NCBI GenBank assembly: GCA_963813155.1
Contig: CAWEYG010000002.1
Span: forward strand, 544,001-608,000
DNA length: 64,000 bases
Reading direction: 5' to 3'
Source of the DNA: an uncultured Acidobacteriota bacterium
GTDB taxonomy: Bacteria > Acidobacteriota > Thermoanaerobaculia > UBA5066 > DATFVB01
Numbering within the stretch: the stretch's first letter is position 1; each line of letters starts with the position of its first letter. This document shows, one piece after another, positions 29,509 through 38,789 of this stretch. The notes beneath the pieces are model-generated. The model had not been told where the DNA came from, did not search any database, and saw only the letters and a program-made list of their open reading frames with translations. The translations under genes and the position numbers were made by a program.

Positions 29509-29709
29509 ATGAAATGGACCGGCTTGTATCTGCTCGGCTACGTCGTCCTGATCGCCGGCCTTCTCGCCGCGCTCTGGAAGATGGGAATCCTGCAGCACAT
29601 CGGCGCGGCATGGACAGCGATCGGGCTCGTGATCCTGATCGGGCTCGGAATCATGATCGCCGTCTCCCATGGCGGCGTGAAGGAAAACATCCAGATCGAC
29701 CGAAAATAG
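29509..29709 (+). CDS. Small 2-TM membrane protein
   Basis: GGAGG RBS; two hydrophobic helices. Confidence 0.8.
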   Translation: MKWTGLYLLGYVVLIAGLLAALWKMGILQHIGAAWTAIGLVILIGLGIMIAVSHGGVKENIQIDRK

Positions 29710-29713
29710 GGCC

Positions 29714-29887
29714 TTACGACCTGGCGACGCCGGGCTCGTGAGGCTCGGGTTTCTCGCTGCCTCGCTTTTCACGACGGTCCGGCCCCTCGAATTCCTCGAC
29801 CTGCTCGACGAAGCGAGTCCTTTTCGGCGGGTCGTCATCGGGCGTCGATTTTCGGGGCGGTTTTCGTGGCTTTTTTGGCTGCTTCAT
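29714..29887 (-). CDS. Small charged hypothetical protein
   Basis: GAAGGAG RBS before MKQPKKPR. Confidence 0.45.
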   Translation of the reverse strand: MKQPKKPRKPPRKSTPDDDPPKRTRFVEQVEEFEGPDRREKRGSEKPEPHEPGVARS

Positions 29888-29993
29888 CCAGATCTCCTTC
29901 CAAAGCGTCAAAGACTTACTTCCCGAGCGAGTCGACTGGAATCAATCCGTCCGACTCCATTGTTCTCTCATTCGTGATACAGTTCTCTCGAGC

Positions 29994-30792
29994 ATGAAAA
30001 GGCCTTTCGTTTCAGGAGTTTTCCTGTCGTCTCGCCCTTGTCGGGTTTTCGGGCTCGCCGGCGCCGCGTCCGCCGATCCCCAGGCGTCGCGGCCCTCGAA
30101 TTGGGCCGGAGCGGTCACCGGCACCCACGTGCCGAATCTCTACCGGGTCGAGCCCGACCTGCTGCGGAGCGCCCAGCCCGATTCGACCGGATTCGAGGAG
30201 CTGAGCGCGTCTCTGGGCGTCAAGACCGTTCTCGACCTTCGCGCCGGGCACGGCGACGCCGGGGAGGCGGGCAAGGCGGCTCTCAAGTTTCTGAACGTGC
30301 CGATGCGAGCCTGGTCGGCCCAGCGACGACCTCGTGGTTCAGGCGCTTCGAATCCTCGCGGACCGCTCGAACCGGCCGATCCTCGTGCATTGCCAGCATG
30401 GCGCCGACCGGACCGGCATGATCCTCGCGCTCTATCGCGTCGTCGTGCAGGGATGGACGAAAGAAGACGCCATCCGCGAGATGGACGAAGGCGGTTACCA
30501 CCACAGCTCCCTGTTCCGGAATCTCGACCGATACGTCTCGAACGCGAACGTCGCGGCGCTGCGGCGGGAGCTCGGGGTCTCGGCCCCCGGCGTCGTGCTC
30601 GCCGCGGCTGCCGCCTCGCCGTCCGTTCCGGCGCCGTCCGCGTCGAAGGGTCCCGCCATTCCGGACAAGCTCTCGCTCCGGCACCGAGCCTCATTCCCCT
30701 GGCCTCCGCCGCGGCCCGCTGAGGCCGCGACCGCCGGAGCTCGATCGGGCGGCGTCCCGCGAGTTGAAACTTCGGAAAGACGAGATAGCTGA
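29994..30792 (+). CDS. Secreted protein-tyrosine/dual-specificity phosphatase; frameshift near 30321; 3' end uncertain
   Basis: NLYRV..LLRSAQP, VKTVLDLR, HCQHGADRTG (HCx5R). Confidence 0.85.
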
Positions 30793-31804
30793 TCGCCTCG
30801 CGTGAGTCTTTCGGGGCCGTCAGGTAGGCGGCGGCCCATTTCAACACGACGTAAAGCTTGTAATAGAACGGCAGCCGGCCGTGCGACTCCGGCAGTCGCC
30901 GGCTCAGCAGTTTCTCCGCGAGAGCGCCCTTCTCCTCGGGGCTCATCGACTTCTCGGCGGACGCGTTCTCGGCCACGCGTTCCGCGATCGCGGCCCGAAT
31001 TCTCTCCACTCGCCGGCGGCTCGCCGTAAACACAGGAGGATTCACGGCTTCGTCCCACCCGGAAGAGACGTAGGCACAGACGTCGACGTCGCGTCTCTTT
31101 CGGAGAAGACCTGTCGGCCCGTCGCGCTCGAAGACGGGATCCGGCCCCTCGAAGTCGTCTCTCGCGAGGCGGAACCCCGCCTGCGTTGCTTCGGCGTCGG
31201 CGGGACTCTCGACCGCCGTCGATTTCGCGCCCATGAGGCCGCGTTCGTCGGCCCGGGCGGCCCGCAGGGCGTCCTCGTCGGTTCGAAGCCGCGCGCCCTC
31301 CCGGCGGCTCGCGTTGTAATAGAAGAACCCGTTCGAGAAGAGGTGCGTCAGCTTGTCCGTTCCCATGCGGACGCCGCACAGCTCGAATGTCGGCGCGAGC
31401 GAGGTCTCGGCGAGTCGGTTGTATCGGCTTTCCCCGTAGATGCTCTCTTTTCCCTCGAGGACGATTCGCTCGAGTCGCGGCCAGCCGGCGCAGTCATTGC
31501 TCTCGACGCACGCGCCGACGACCGGCAACAGCCGGTCCAGGAACCGGCGCAAAACGATTTCCCGATAAGCCTTGAAAAACGCGAGCTCCGCTCCGGTGTC
31601 GCTCGCCGCCGCCGGACCGCCGGGAGACTTCCGCAGTTCCCCGTTCGCCCGCTCCACGGCGGACGCGAGAGTCGTGTTCACGGCCGCGTTCAGCTTCGGC
31701 GCCGAGTCCTCCAGCGGCACGTAACGAAACGTCACGTTGTCCGTTTCCGCCCCGAGAGCGGCCGACGCGAAGCCGAGAACGACGACGATGGCTGCAGCGC
31801 GAAT
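30140..31804 (-). CDS. Secreted hypothetical protein; probable ATT start at 31804; real 3' end probably near 30700
   Basis: Signal peptide then ETDN..FRY..LEDS...LN..VN and GTDKLTHLF; C-terminal tail overlaps phosphatase antisense. Confidence 0.65.
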   Translation of the reverse strand: MRAAAIVVVLGFASAALGAETDNVTFRYVPLEDSAPKLNAAVNTTLASAVERANGELRKSPGGPAAASDTGAELAFFKAYREIVLRRFLDRLLPVVGACVESNDCAGWPRLERIVLEGKESIYGESRYNRLAETSLAPTFELCGVRMGTDKLTHLFSNGFFYYNASRREGARLRTDEDALRAARADERGLMGAKSTAVESPADAEATQAGFRLARDDFEGPDPVFERDGPTGLLRKRRDVDVCAYVSSGWDEAVNPPVFTASRRRVERIRAAIAERVAENASAEKSMSPEEKGALAEKLLSRRLPESHGRLPFYYKLYVVLKWAAAYLTAPKDSREAISYLVFPKFQLAGRRPIELRRSRPQRAAAEARGMRLGAGARACPEWRDPSTRTAPERTARRQPRRARRRGPRPRAPAAAPRRSRSRRIGRDSGTGSCGGNRLRPSRGWRLLSSIPARRRDRARGSCRSGRRHAGNARGSAGSSGPRGFEAPEPRGRRWADQARIGTFRNLRAALPASPASPCPARRSRTVLTPRDALSSSNPVESGWALRSRSGSTR

Positions 31805-31807
31805 GTC

Positions 31808-31960
31808 TTACAGCCTCCCCATCAAGAGCAGCACGACCAGGATGATCAGGACGACTCCAACGATGCCGCTCGGGCCGTAACCCCAATTGCGACTGTGGGA
31901 CCAGCGGGGAAAGACGCCGAGAAGGACGAGAATCAGGATGATCAGGAGTACCAGGCCCAT
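31808..31960 (-). CDS. DUF3309 family small membrane protein (not in ORF track)
   Basis: MGLVLLIILILVLLGVFPRWSHSRNWGYGPSGIVGVVLIILVVLLLMGRL; AAGGAGGT RBS. Confidence 0.92.
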   Translation of the reverse strand: MGLVLLIILILVLLGVFPRWSHSRNWGYGPSGIVGVVLIILVVLLLMGRL

Positions 31961-31998
31961 GAGCACCTCCTTCAAAGATGGCTTCGCCTCGTTCCAAG

Positions 31999-32014
31999 AG
32001 CGAATCTCGTGCCA
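31999..32014 (-). promoter_or_regulatory. sigma54 promoter
   Basis: TGGCACGAGATTCGCT. Confidence 0.65.
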
Positions 32015-32054
32015 CCGAGGAAGAAGCTAGCGGCCCGGCCGGGAGAAAGGAACC

Positions 32055-32267
32055 TCAAATCCGAAACGTCTTCTCGGTCGCGGCGCGCCCCGCCATCGTG
32101 CGCGCCTGGCGGCGATTCTTCGCGACCGCCTTCTTCAGCGCGGATCGCAGCCCCGTCATCATCGCCTCGCGGCTCTTCGCCTGCGCACCCACGCCCTGAA
32201 TCTCTTCGACCCAGCCGAACCACCGCCCGTCGGTCTGGCAATAGACAGCCGTATATGTTTGTTTCAT
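32055..32267 (-). CDS. HicB-like antitoxin domain protein (orphan)
   Basis: YTAVY...GRWFGWVEEIQGVGAQAKSRE...LRSAL. Confidence 0.7.
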   Translation of the reverse strand: MKQTYTAVYCQTDGRWFGWVEEIQGVGAQAKSREAMMTGLRSALKKAVAKNRRQARTMAGRAATEKTFRI

Positions 32268-32311
32268 GGCGGGATCATACTCCCGCCGGCCGCCCGCGCC
32301 CGGAACGCCCC

Positions 32312-32755
32312 CTAACCCTTCCGGACTTCGCGATCCGCGCGAACCTTCTTCTGGTACTCGCGCATTCCGGCGACGCGCTCGGCTCCGCCCGGCGTTTCGG
32401 CAACGAAGCGCTCGACGTTCGCGAGGAATCCCGCGTTGCCCGTCATCTCGCGGAAAGCGGGCACGTACTCGCCGATCTTCGCCCAGAGAAAGAACGCTTC
32501 ACCGCCGGCTTCGACGAAGAGACCGCGGTGAACGACGCCCTGGTTCACGAACGAGGTCGCGATGTCCCAGTACCCGGCGACCATCCGCATGTAGGCGTCC
32601 GGCGCCGAGTAGGCGTTGTGAAGGTCTTTCGCGGAGTCCGCGTAGAAGCTGCCGAACCAGCTGCGCGCCTCGCGGAGCTTGGTCTCCCGGCGCAAGTCGA
32701 ACAGCTTCAGCACGAGATCGGCGTCCTGGTAGTTGGGGGAACGTGTGTCCGTCAT
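32312..32755 (-). CDS. DUF4760-like hypothetical protein
   Basis: DADLVLKLFDLRRETKLREARSWF...RMVAGYWD. Confidence 0.7.
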   Translation of the reverse strand: MTDTRSPNYQDADLVLKLFDLRRETKLREARSWFGSFYADSAKDLHNAYSAPDAYMRMVAGYWDIATSFVNQGVVHRGLFVEAGGEAFFLWAKIGEYVPAFREMTGNAGFLANVERFVAETPGGAERVAGMREYQKKVRADREVRKG

Positions 32756-32778
32756 GAGTCTTTCTCCTTCCAAAAATG

Positions 32779-34233
32779 TCACAACCATCGAGACGTGACG
32801 ACCTTCTTGTCCGTGTAGAACTCGAAGGCGTCCCGGCCGTGGACTTTCAGATCGCCGAAAAAACTGTCCCTCGCTCCGCCGAACGGGAAATACGCCATCG
32901 GGGCCGCGACTCCCACGTTGATCCCGACCATCGAGGAAGGCGCGAGATGCGCGAACTCCCGCGCAGCCTTGCCCGAAGACGTGAAGATGGAAGCCGCATT
33001 CGCGTTCGGGTGCGCACGCATCGCTTCCAGGGCTCCCGCGAGGTCGTCGACCGGGCAAACCGAGGCGACCGGGCCGAAGATTTCGTCGCGAGCGATCGTC
33101 ATCGCCGGGTCGACCGAATCGAAGATGGACGGGCCGAGAAAGAAGCCGCCCTGAGCCATTCCCGGCGCGGCCCCGGGACGGCCGTCCAGGACGAGGCGGG
33201 CGCCCTCGGCGATTCCCTTCTCGATGTGGCCGACGACGCGGTCCCGGTGTCGCGCGCTGATGAGGGGTCCCATCTGCGTCCCGGTCTCCATTCCCGATCC
33301 GACCTTCAGCGCCCGGGCTGACTCGATCAGCCGGTCCCGTGTCGGGCCGTGCGCCCGGCCGACCGGGACGAGGACGCTCCCCGCCAGACAGCGCTCCCCG
33401 GCGCATCCGTAGAAGGACTCCGTGATCGCCGCGATCGCCCGGTCGAGATCGGCGTCCGGCATCACGACGACGTAGTTCTTCGCGCCGCCGAGGGCCTGGA
33501 CGCGCTTTCCCGCCCGCGTCGCCCGCTCGTACACGGCGCGCGCCACCGCGGTGGATCCCACGAAAGAAACGGCGCGTATTCCCGGATGGTCGCAGATCGC
33601 CTCGACCGCCTCGCGGCCGCCGTTGACGAGGTTGACCACCCCGGGCGGCAGGCCGCACTCGTCGAGCAGCTCGAAGATTCGGGCGAGCGACGTCGGGACC
33701 TGCTCCGACGGCTTGACGACGAACGTGTTTCCGCAGACGACCGCGAACGGCAAGAACCACAGCGGCACCATCACCGGAAAGTTGAAAGGCGCGATCGCGG
33801 CGCAAACGCCGATCGGCTGGCGATAAACCGCGCAGTCGACGCCCGTCGAGACGTTTTCCAGGCTCTGGCCCATCAGCATCGACGGCGCTCCACACGCGAC
33901 CTCGACGCATTCGATTCCGCGCCGGAGGCTGCCCCGCGACTCGTCGAGCGTCTTCCCATGCTCCCGCGTCACGAGTCGGGCGATCTCCTCGAAATGCTCT
34001 TCGAGCAGCGCGCGAAAGCGGAACATCGGCCGCGCCCGGGCCGCCGGGGACGCCTCGCTCCACTCGGGAAAGGCGCCCAGAGCGGCCTCGACGGCGGCGC
34101 CGACTTCTTCGCGCGTGGACATCGGGGTCCTCGCGATGACCTCGCCGATCGAGGGGTCGTGAACGTCGGCCATTTCCCGGGAGCCGGAGCGGATCCATCG
34201 GCCGTCGACGAAATTTCGGAGAACCGGAATCAT
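32779..34233 (-). CDS. mmsA: CoA-acylating methylmalonate-semialdehyde dehydrogenase
   Basis: PFNFPVMVPLW, KPSEQVP, FVGST, LGGAKN, GCAGERC, SFFGDL. Confidence 0.93.
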   Translation of the reverse strand: MIPVLRNFVDGRWIRSGSREMADVHDPSIGEVIARTPMSTREEVGAAVEAALGAFPEWSEASPAARARPMFRFRALLEEHFEEIARLVTREHGKTLDESRGSLRRGIECVEVACGAPSMLMGQSLENVSTGVDCAVYRQPIGVCAAIAPFNFPVMVPLWFLPFAVVCGNTFVVKPSEQVPTSLARIFELLDECGLPPGVVNLVNGGREAVEAICDHPGIRAVSFVGSTAVARAVYERATRAGKRVQALGGAKNYVVVMPDADLDRAIAAITESFYGCAGERCLAGSVLVPVGRAHGPTRDRLIESARALKVGSGMETGTQMGPLISARHRDRVVGHIEKGIAEGARLVLDGRPGAAPGMAQGGFFLGPSIFDSVDPAMTIARDEIFGPVASVCPVDDLAGALEAMRAHPNANAASIFTSSGKAAREFAHLAPSSMVGINVGVAAPMAYFPFGGARDSFFGDLKVHGRDAFEFYTDKKVVTSRWL

Positions 34234-34272
34234 TCGAGAAAGCTTATCGCGGCCGGCAAGATTCCCGCGAGA

Positions 34273-34572
34273 TCAGCGTCCGTCGAGCTCGCCGTCGATC
34301 GGCGCGCCGCTCTCGGCGAGGGCGCACAGCCGGGACCAGCGGTCGGCTTCGGCCGCGAGGAGCTTCATCATGTCATCGCGGGCGCCCGGGCTGATCCCCG
34401 AATGCTTTCGCCTCTCGTGATCTTCCTGCAGCGCCCAGAACTTCCTGTCCTCGTCGCCGAAGATCGAGGCCGCCTCCGGCGTGAATCGCTTCTGCTTGCT
34501 CAGGGTGTTCTTGAATGCCGTCAGGAGGGAGCGAACCTCCCGGAACTTGTCGAGAAGAGGATCATGCGACAT
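34273..34572 (-). CDS. Small helical hypothetical protein
   Basis: 99-aa ORF with GGAGG RBS. Confidence 0.6.
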   Translation of the reverse strand: MSHDPLLDKFREVRSLLTAFKNTLSKQKRFTPEAASIFGDEDRKFWALQEDHERRKHSGISPGARDDMMKLLAAEADRWSRLCALAESGAPIDGELDGR

Positions 34573-34599
34573 TGCGAACCGCCCTCCGGCCCGGCCGGC

Positions 34600-34845
34600 T
34601 CACCGGGCCGCTCGCTTCCCGCCCTGGAATTGTTCGACGTCGATCTCCATCTCCCAGAGCATCTCTTCCGAGCAGCCGTAATCGATCGGTCCGCTCCACG
34701 AGATGTAGTCGCCCCCGCTCTTCTTGAGCGCGACCCGCCGAATCGGCAGAACGGGGTCGTCTCCCCGGTGGCCGCGCTCCATCGCCAGACGGATCCGCTC
34801 GAGACCCGCGGGGGTGAACTGGGGCATGTTGAACCTGACTTCCAC
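34600..34845 (-). CDS. Small hypothetical protein
   Basis: 81-aa ORF, GGAGGT RBS before GTG, preceded by promoter and leader motif. Confidence 0.6.
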   Translation of the reverse strand: MEVRFNMPQFTPAGLERIRLAMERGHRGDDPVLPIRRVALKKSGGDYISWSGPIDYGCSEEMLWEMEIDVEQFQGGKRAAR

Positions 34846-34864
34846 GGAAACCTCCGGTTACGGT

Positions 34865-34910
34865 CTTGATCGTTCGGGATTCAGCAGCGATGCTGTCAAA
34901 AGGCGAGCGA
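34865..34910 (-). ncRNA. Candidate cis-regulatory leader motif, copy C
   Basis: TCGCTCGCCTTTTGACAGCATCGCTGCTGAATCCCGAACGATCAAG, 13 nt downstream of TGG-TATGCT. Confidence 0.6.
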
Positions 34911-35090
34911 TGCGGAAAACGCAAGCATACCATGCCTTTTCTCGGCTCGGGCTCGCGCCCGGCGGAGCCTTCCTCTGGCGGCGGGCGGGCCGACGCCCTA
35001 TGCTCGGGCGATGAAGATCGTCACTCGCCGAGCGGTTTCGTCCGCGGCGGAGATTCTGCTAACCTCCCCGCAGAAAACGCGGAGCGGCCC

Positions 35091-36299
35091 TTGGAACTGA
35101 CGGAAACCTTTCAGGGAGAGCTTCGGCAGATCCCCGTGCCGATGGTGCTTCATCGAATCGTCGGCGCCCGGGCGAAAGGCACCCTCACCCTCACGAAGCC
35201 CGGCGAAACGGTCCATCTCTTTTTCGTCGGCGGCGAGCTGAAAACCGCCGCGACGACGCGGAAGGGCATGCGGATCGGCGAGATGTTGATTCTGAACGGC
35301 GTCATCGAGGAAGAAAAGATCGAAGAGGCGATCCGCTCCGTCGAACCCGGCCGCCGGGGACGAATCGGACAGCTCCTGGTCGAAAAGGGACTGCTCACGC
35401 AGGACGTTCTCGATGGGGAGATCCGCAGGCATTTCGAGGAAATCTTCTTCTCGTGCTTCCTCTGGAAGGACGGCGAGTTTGCGTTCCTCCCCTCTCCGGG
35501 CGAGCTCGATTCCGGCGTCGCCGTCGACCTGCCGACCGCCGCCCTGATCATCGAGGGCGTTCGCCGGGTTCCGGAGCAGGATCGGGCTCTGGAAGCGCTC
35601 GGAGATCCCGCGAATTTCGGCAGGACGACGGACCTGGCCCTTCACGTCGACTCGCTCCGCCTCAACTCGGAGGAGGCCTACCTGCTCTCGCTTTGCGACG
35701 GCAAGACGCGGCTGCGCGACATCCTCCGACTCGGGACTTCCCGCGAGCAGACCGGCCAGACTCTCTACACGCTGTTCGCGTGCGGCCTGATCGAGTTCGC
35801 GCCCTCTTTCTTCGAGGGGCCGGCGCCGCCGCCCTTCGACGACAGCCCCCTCGTTCTTCCGATCGCGCAGCGCGGCGAACGGGAGTCCGACCCGAAGGTT
35901 CGCTTCGAGCAGGCCCGCGCCGGATACGTCGACGCCCTGGGTCTCCTCGAGAAGCGCGATTACTACGGGGCGATCCTCCTGCTCCAGGAAAGCGTGAGGC
36001 TCGCGCCGGAGAATTCGGAATATCGGTACCGGCTCGCCGGTGCCCTCTCGCACAACAAGAACTGGCGGCAACGCGCTCTCGACCAGTACCGGGAGGCCCT
36101 CCGGCTTGACCCGATGCGGCAGTCGCTGATGATCGATTACGCGGAGCTTCTCCTGCTGTGCCAGAGAGCGCCCGATGCGCTCCGGATCGCTCGGGCGCTG
36201 ATCGACCGCTACCCCGCCGAAACGAGCAACCGCGAATTGCTTCGGCGTTGCGAACAGGCGGCGCGCGAGCACCCCGGGTTTCGCGGCCTCACCGTTTGA
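35091..36299 (+). CDS. DUF4388 protein with MshEN-like repeats and C-terminal TPR; start uncertain
   Basis: FQGEL...KGTLTL...LFFVGG; RIGEMLILNGVI / RIGQLLVEKGLL; WKDGEFAF; TPR helices. Confidence 0.8.
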   Translation: MELTETFQGELRQIPVPMVLHRIVGARAKGTLTLTKPGETVHLFFVGGELKTAATTRKGMRIGEMLILNGVIEEEKIEEAIRSVEPGRRGRIGQLLVEKGLLTQDVLDGEIRRHFEEIFFSCFLWKDGEFAFLPSPGELDSGVAVDLPTAALIIEGVRRVPEQDRALEALGDPANFGRTTDLALHVDSLRLNSEEAYLLSLCDGKTRLRDILRLGTSREQTGQTLYTLFACGLIEFAPSFFEGPAPPPFDDSPLVLPIAQRGERESDPKVRFEQARAGYVDALGLLEKRDYYGAILLLQESVRLAPENSEYRYRLAGALSHNKNWRQRALDQYREALRLDPMRQSLMIDYAELLLLCQRAPDALRIARALIDRYPAETSNRELLRRCEQAAREHPGFRGLTV

Positions 36300-36316
36300 C
36301 ACCCACGTCTTGAAGC

Positions 36317-36346
36317 AAAAGGAAAAGGCGGGCACGAAGCCCGCCT
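36317..36346 (-). terminator. Rho-independent terminator of RRM gene 1
   Basis: AGGCGGGC-N5-GCCCGCCT followed by a T-rich tail on minus strand. Confidence 0.7.
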
Positions 36347-36371
36347 CGAACATTCCGGATCCGAAGGGAAA

Positions 36372-36644
36372 TTAGTTCGCGGCGAGCGCGGGGGCGGGAG
36401 CGGCCTTCGAGCGCGCCTCGTTGACCGTGAGCGGCTTGCCGCCGTGATCTTTCCCGTTGAGTCCGGCGATCGCGGCCTTCGCCTCTTCGTCGCTCGCGAA
36501 TTCGGCGAAGCCGAAACCCTTCGCCTTGCCGGTGGCCTTGTCCATGACCAGGGCAACGCTGTCGGTCTTGCCGAACGGCGTGACGAGATCGCGGAGGTTC
36601 TGTTCCGTGGAATCGGGGGAGAGGTTGCCGATGTAGATTTTCAT
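36372..36644 (-). CDS. RRM-domain RNA-binding protein 1
   Basis: RNP2 IYIGNL, RNP1 KGFGFAEF, LTVNEAR. Confidence 0.95.
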   Translation of the reverse strand: MKIYIGNLSPDSTEQNLRDLVTPFGKTDSVALVMDKATGKAKGFGFAEFASDEEAKAAIAGLNGKDHGGKPLTVNEARSKAAPAPALAAN

Positions 36645-36732
36645 GGTCGAGCCCTTCTGCGCCGGCGGTCCGGCGTGTTGACGGCGATCAATCTGGGACG
36701 CAGCACTCGCCGACGCGTGTGGCGCCATCTCG

Positions 36733-36778
36733 CTTGGGATTCGTTCGAAAACTCAGCAGTTCTGAGAAGGGCGAGCGA
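36733..36778 (-). ncRNA. Candidate cis-regulatory leader motif, copy A
   Basis: TCGCTCGCCCTTCTCAGAACTGCTGAGTTTTCGAACGAATCCCAAG, 15 nt downstream of TGA-TATCCT. Confidence 0.6.
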
Positions 36779-36799
36779 AACGAGACCAGTTGCAGGATA

Positions 36800-37513
36800 T
36801 CACAACAACCTGGCTCGCAGGCTCGCGTACCACGCGCATTCGGCCCGAAGGGGACACGCCTCGCAGCGCGGATGCGCCGCCTTGCACAGCTCCTGGCCGT
36901 GCTGGCGCAGCAGCTGGTGGGCGCGGATCAGGAAATCGAAATCCGCGGGAAGCTCGGGCGCCGCCGCCTCGGTCGCGGAGCGATAGCTCTTGCCGTAGTT
37001 CCTGTCTTCGGTCCCGTAGCCGAGCCGCAGCAGCACGCGCAGCGCGTTGGAGTCGGGCGCGAGCGACGGAGCGCCGCGCGAAAAGAGAAGAATCTTGTCC
37101 GCTCCCGGCTCTCCGATTCCCGGAAAGCGCTTCAGGAGCCTTCGCGTACCCACTTTCGGCGCGCGGGACTCCGCGCGAAGCCGCTCGAGGCCCGCCTCCC
37201 GCGCGATCTCGGCCGCTTCCTGAAGCTTGCGCGCCCGGTCGAGCGGCCGCATTCCCCCGGACCCGATCGCCGCGGCCAGTGCTTCGAGCGGAGCGGCGAG
37301 GATTCGATCCGGCGAGACGCCGACCTTCCGGCGCAGCTCCCGAAACACCTCGCGCCGCCGCGCATCGTCCACCAGGTACGCGGCATTCTCGAAGAGCACG
37401 ACTTCGAACGGATCCGTGACCGGGAGCGGCGCGGGCTCGCCGTAAAACCTTGCGAGCTTTCCCACGAGCAATTGCAGCCGCCTCTGTTTTCTCACTTCCT
37501 GTTCACGAGGCAT
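36800..37513 (-). CDS. HhH-GPD / endonuclease III-like DNA glycosylase
   Basis: LKRFPGIGEPGAD HhH; CKAAHPRCEACPLRAEC 4Fe-4S motif. Confidence 0.85.
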   Translation of the reverse strand: MPREQEVRKQRRLQLLVGKLARFYGEPAPLPVTDPFEVVLFENAAYLVDDARRREVFRELRRKVGVSPDRILAAPLEALAAAIGSGGMRPLDRARKLQEAAEIAREAGLERLRAESRAPKVGTRRLLKRFPGIGEPGADKILLFSRGAPSLAPDSNALRVLLRLGYGTEDRNYGKSYRSATEAAAPELPADFDFLIRAHQLLRQHGQELCKAAHPRCEACPLRAECAWYASLRARLL

Positions 37514-37582
37514 CGTAGCAGGGGCAAGCGGCTCGCGCCGGCCCGCGATTCGGGATACGCTGACCAAAAGGAGGGGCGCCCA

Positions 37583-37741
37583 ATGTCATTCAAATCCAGA
37601 GGCCTCGGGATGATCCTTCTCTCCATCTGGCTGATCCTGCTCGGTCTGCTTCCGCTCCTGTCGATTACGTTTGCCCACTCGGGTCAGCTGCTGGACGTTC
37701 TGGCCATTGCGGCCGGCATCTTCCTGCTCATGGGTCGTTAG
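37583..37741 (+). CDS. Small 2-TM membrane protein
   Basis: AAGGAGG RBS; LGMILLSIWLILLGL...LAIAAGIFLLMGR. Confidence 0.8.
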   Translation: MSFKSRGLGMILLSIWLILLGLLPLLSITFAHSGQLLDVLAIAAGIFLLMGR

Positions 37742-37826
37742 CTACCCGGCAGGGTGAGGCACCAGCCGGCCGGCCTCACCCGCCCTTCACCCCGCTTTTT
37801 GGGCGTTTTCCTCGAAATTTCCAGCG

Positions 37827-37842
37827 TGGCACACATCTTGCG
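37827..37842 (+). promoter_or_regulatory. sigma54 promoter
   Basis: TGGCACACATCTTGCG. Confidence 0.75.
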
Positions 37843-37874
37843 CTGAAAATTGGCGGCAGAGGAGACACAAGAAA

Positions 37875-38789
37875 ATGGAACGACACCCTTCCCGACGACG
37901 CTCGGCGATCTGGACTTTCGCGGCGCTCTTGAGCGCGGTTTCGGCCGCGGCAATCGGCGCTACTTCTTTCGAGCTTCCGCCGCTCGTCCAGCCGGCGACG
38001 AAGGATCTTCACGCGGGCAAGGTCGTCTGGGTCGACCTCGTCACGCCCGATCTCGACGGCGCCAAGCGCTTCTATTCGGGACTGTTCGGCTGGACGTACA
38101 AGGACATCCACACCGGCGACACGGACTATTCGGTCGCCCTGCTCGACGGGCAGCCCGTCGGCGGCCTCGTCCACCGGGCCGTGCCGTCGGGAGAACATCG
38201 GCAGCCGGCGTGGCTGACGTTCCTCTCCGTGCGCGACGCGGCAGAAGCGGAGCGCCAGGCACTTTCCCATGGCGGAAAGGTCCTGAGGAAGGCCAGTGAG
38301 TACCCCCGGCGCGGACGGCAGGAGATCTTCACCGATCCGCAGGGCGCCGTGTTCGCCGTGCTGCAATCCTCGAGCGGCGATCCCGCCGATCTCCTCGCCG
38401 AACCGGGCGACTGGATCTGGAGCTCGCTGATCACGAGCGATCCCGACGCGGGCGCCGCGTTCTACCAGTCGCTCTTCGGATACGAAGTCTTCGACCTGAA
38501 TGCCGCCGATCAGCGCGAGCACCTGTTGCTCGCGACGGACGGCTATGCGCGAGCGAGCGCGAGCCCGTTGCCGGATTCCGGCAAGAGTCACTCCCACTGG
38601 CTCAACTTCGTGCGAGTCGCCAGCGCCCGGGACTCGGCGGCGAAGGCCGCCGCGCTCGGCGGGCGGGTGCTCGTCGAGCCGCATGTGGACCGGCAGGGCG
38701 GAATGGTCGCGGTCGTCGCCGATCCGTCGGGCGCGCCCTTCGGCCTCCTCGAATGGTCGGATACCGAAAGCAAAGAGGTCACAAAATGA
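37875..38789 (+). CDS. Exported VOC/glyoxalase two-domain protein
   Basis: WVDLVTPDLDGAKRFYSGLFGW, DPQGAVF, DPSGAPFGL; N-terminal signal. Confidence 0.9.
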   Translation: MERHPSRRRSAIWTFAALLSAVSAAAIGATSFELPPLVQPATKDLHAGKVVWVDLVTPDLDGAKRFYSGLFGWTYKDIHTGDTDYSVALLDGQPVGGLVHRAVPSGEHRQPAWLTFLSVRDAAEAERQALSHGGKVLRKASEYPRRGRQEIFTDPQGAVFAVLQSSSGDPADLLAEPGDWIWSSLITSDPDAGAAFYQSLFGYEVFDLNAADQREHLLLATDGYARASASPLPDSGKSHSHWLNFVRVASARDSAAKAAALGGRVLVEPHVDRQGGMVAVVADPSGAPFGLLEWSDTESKEVTK

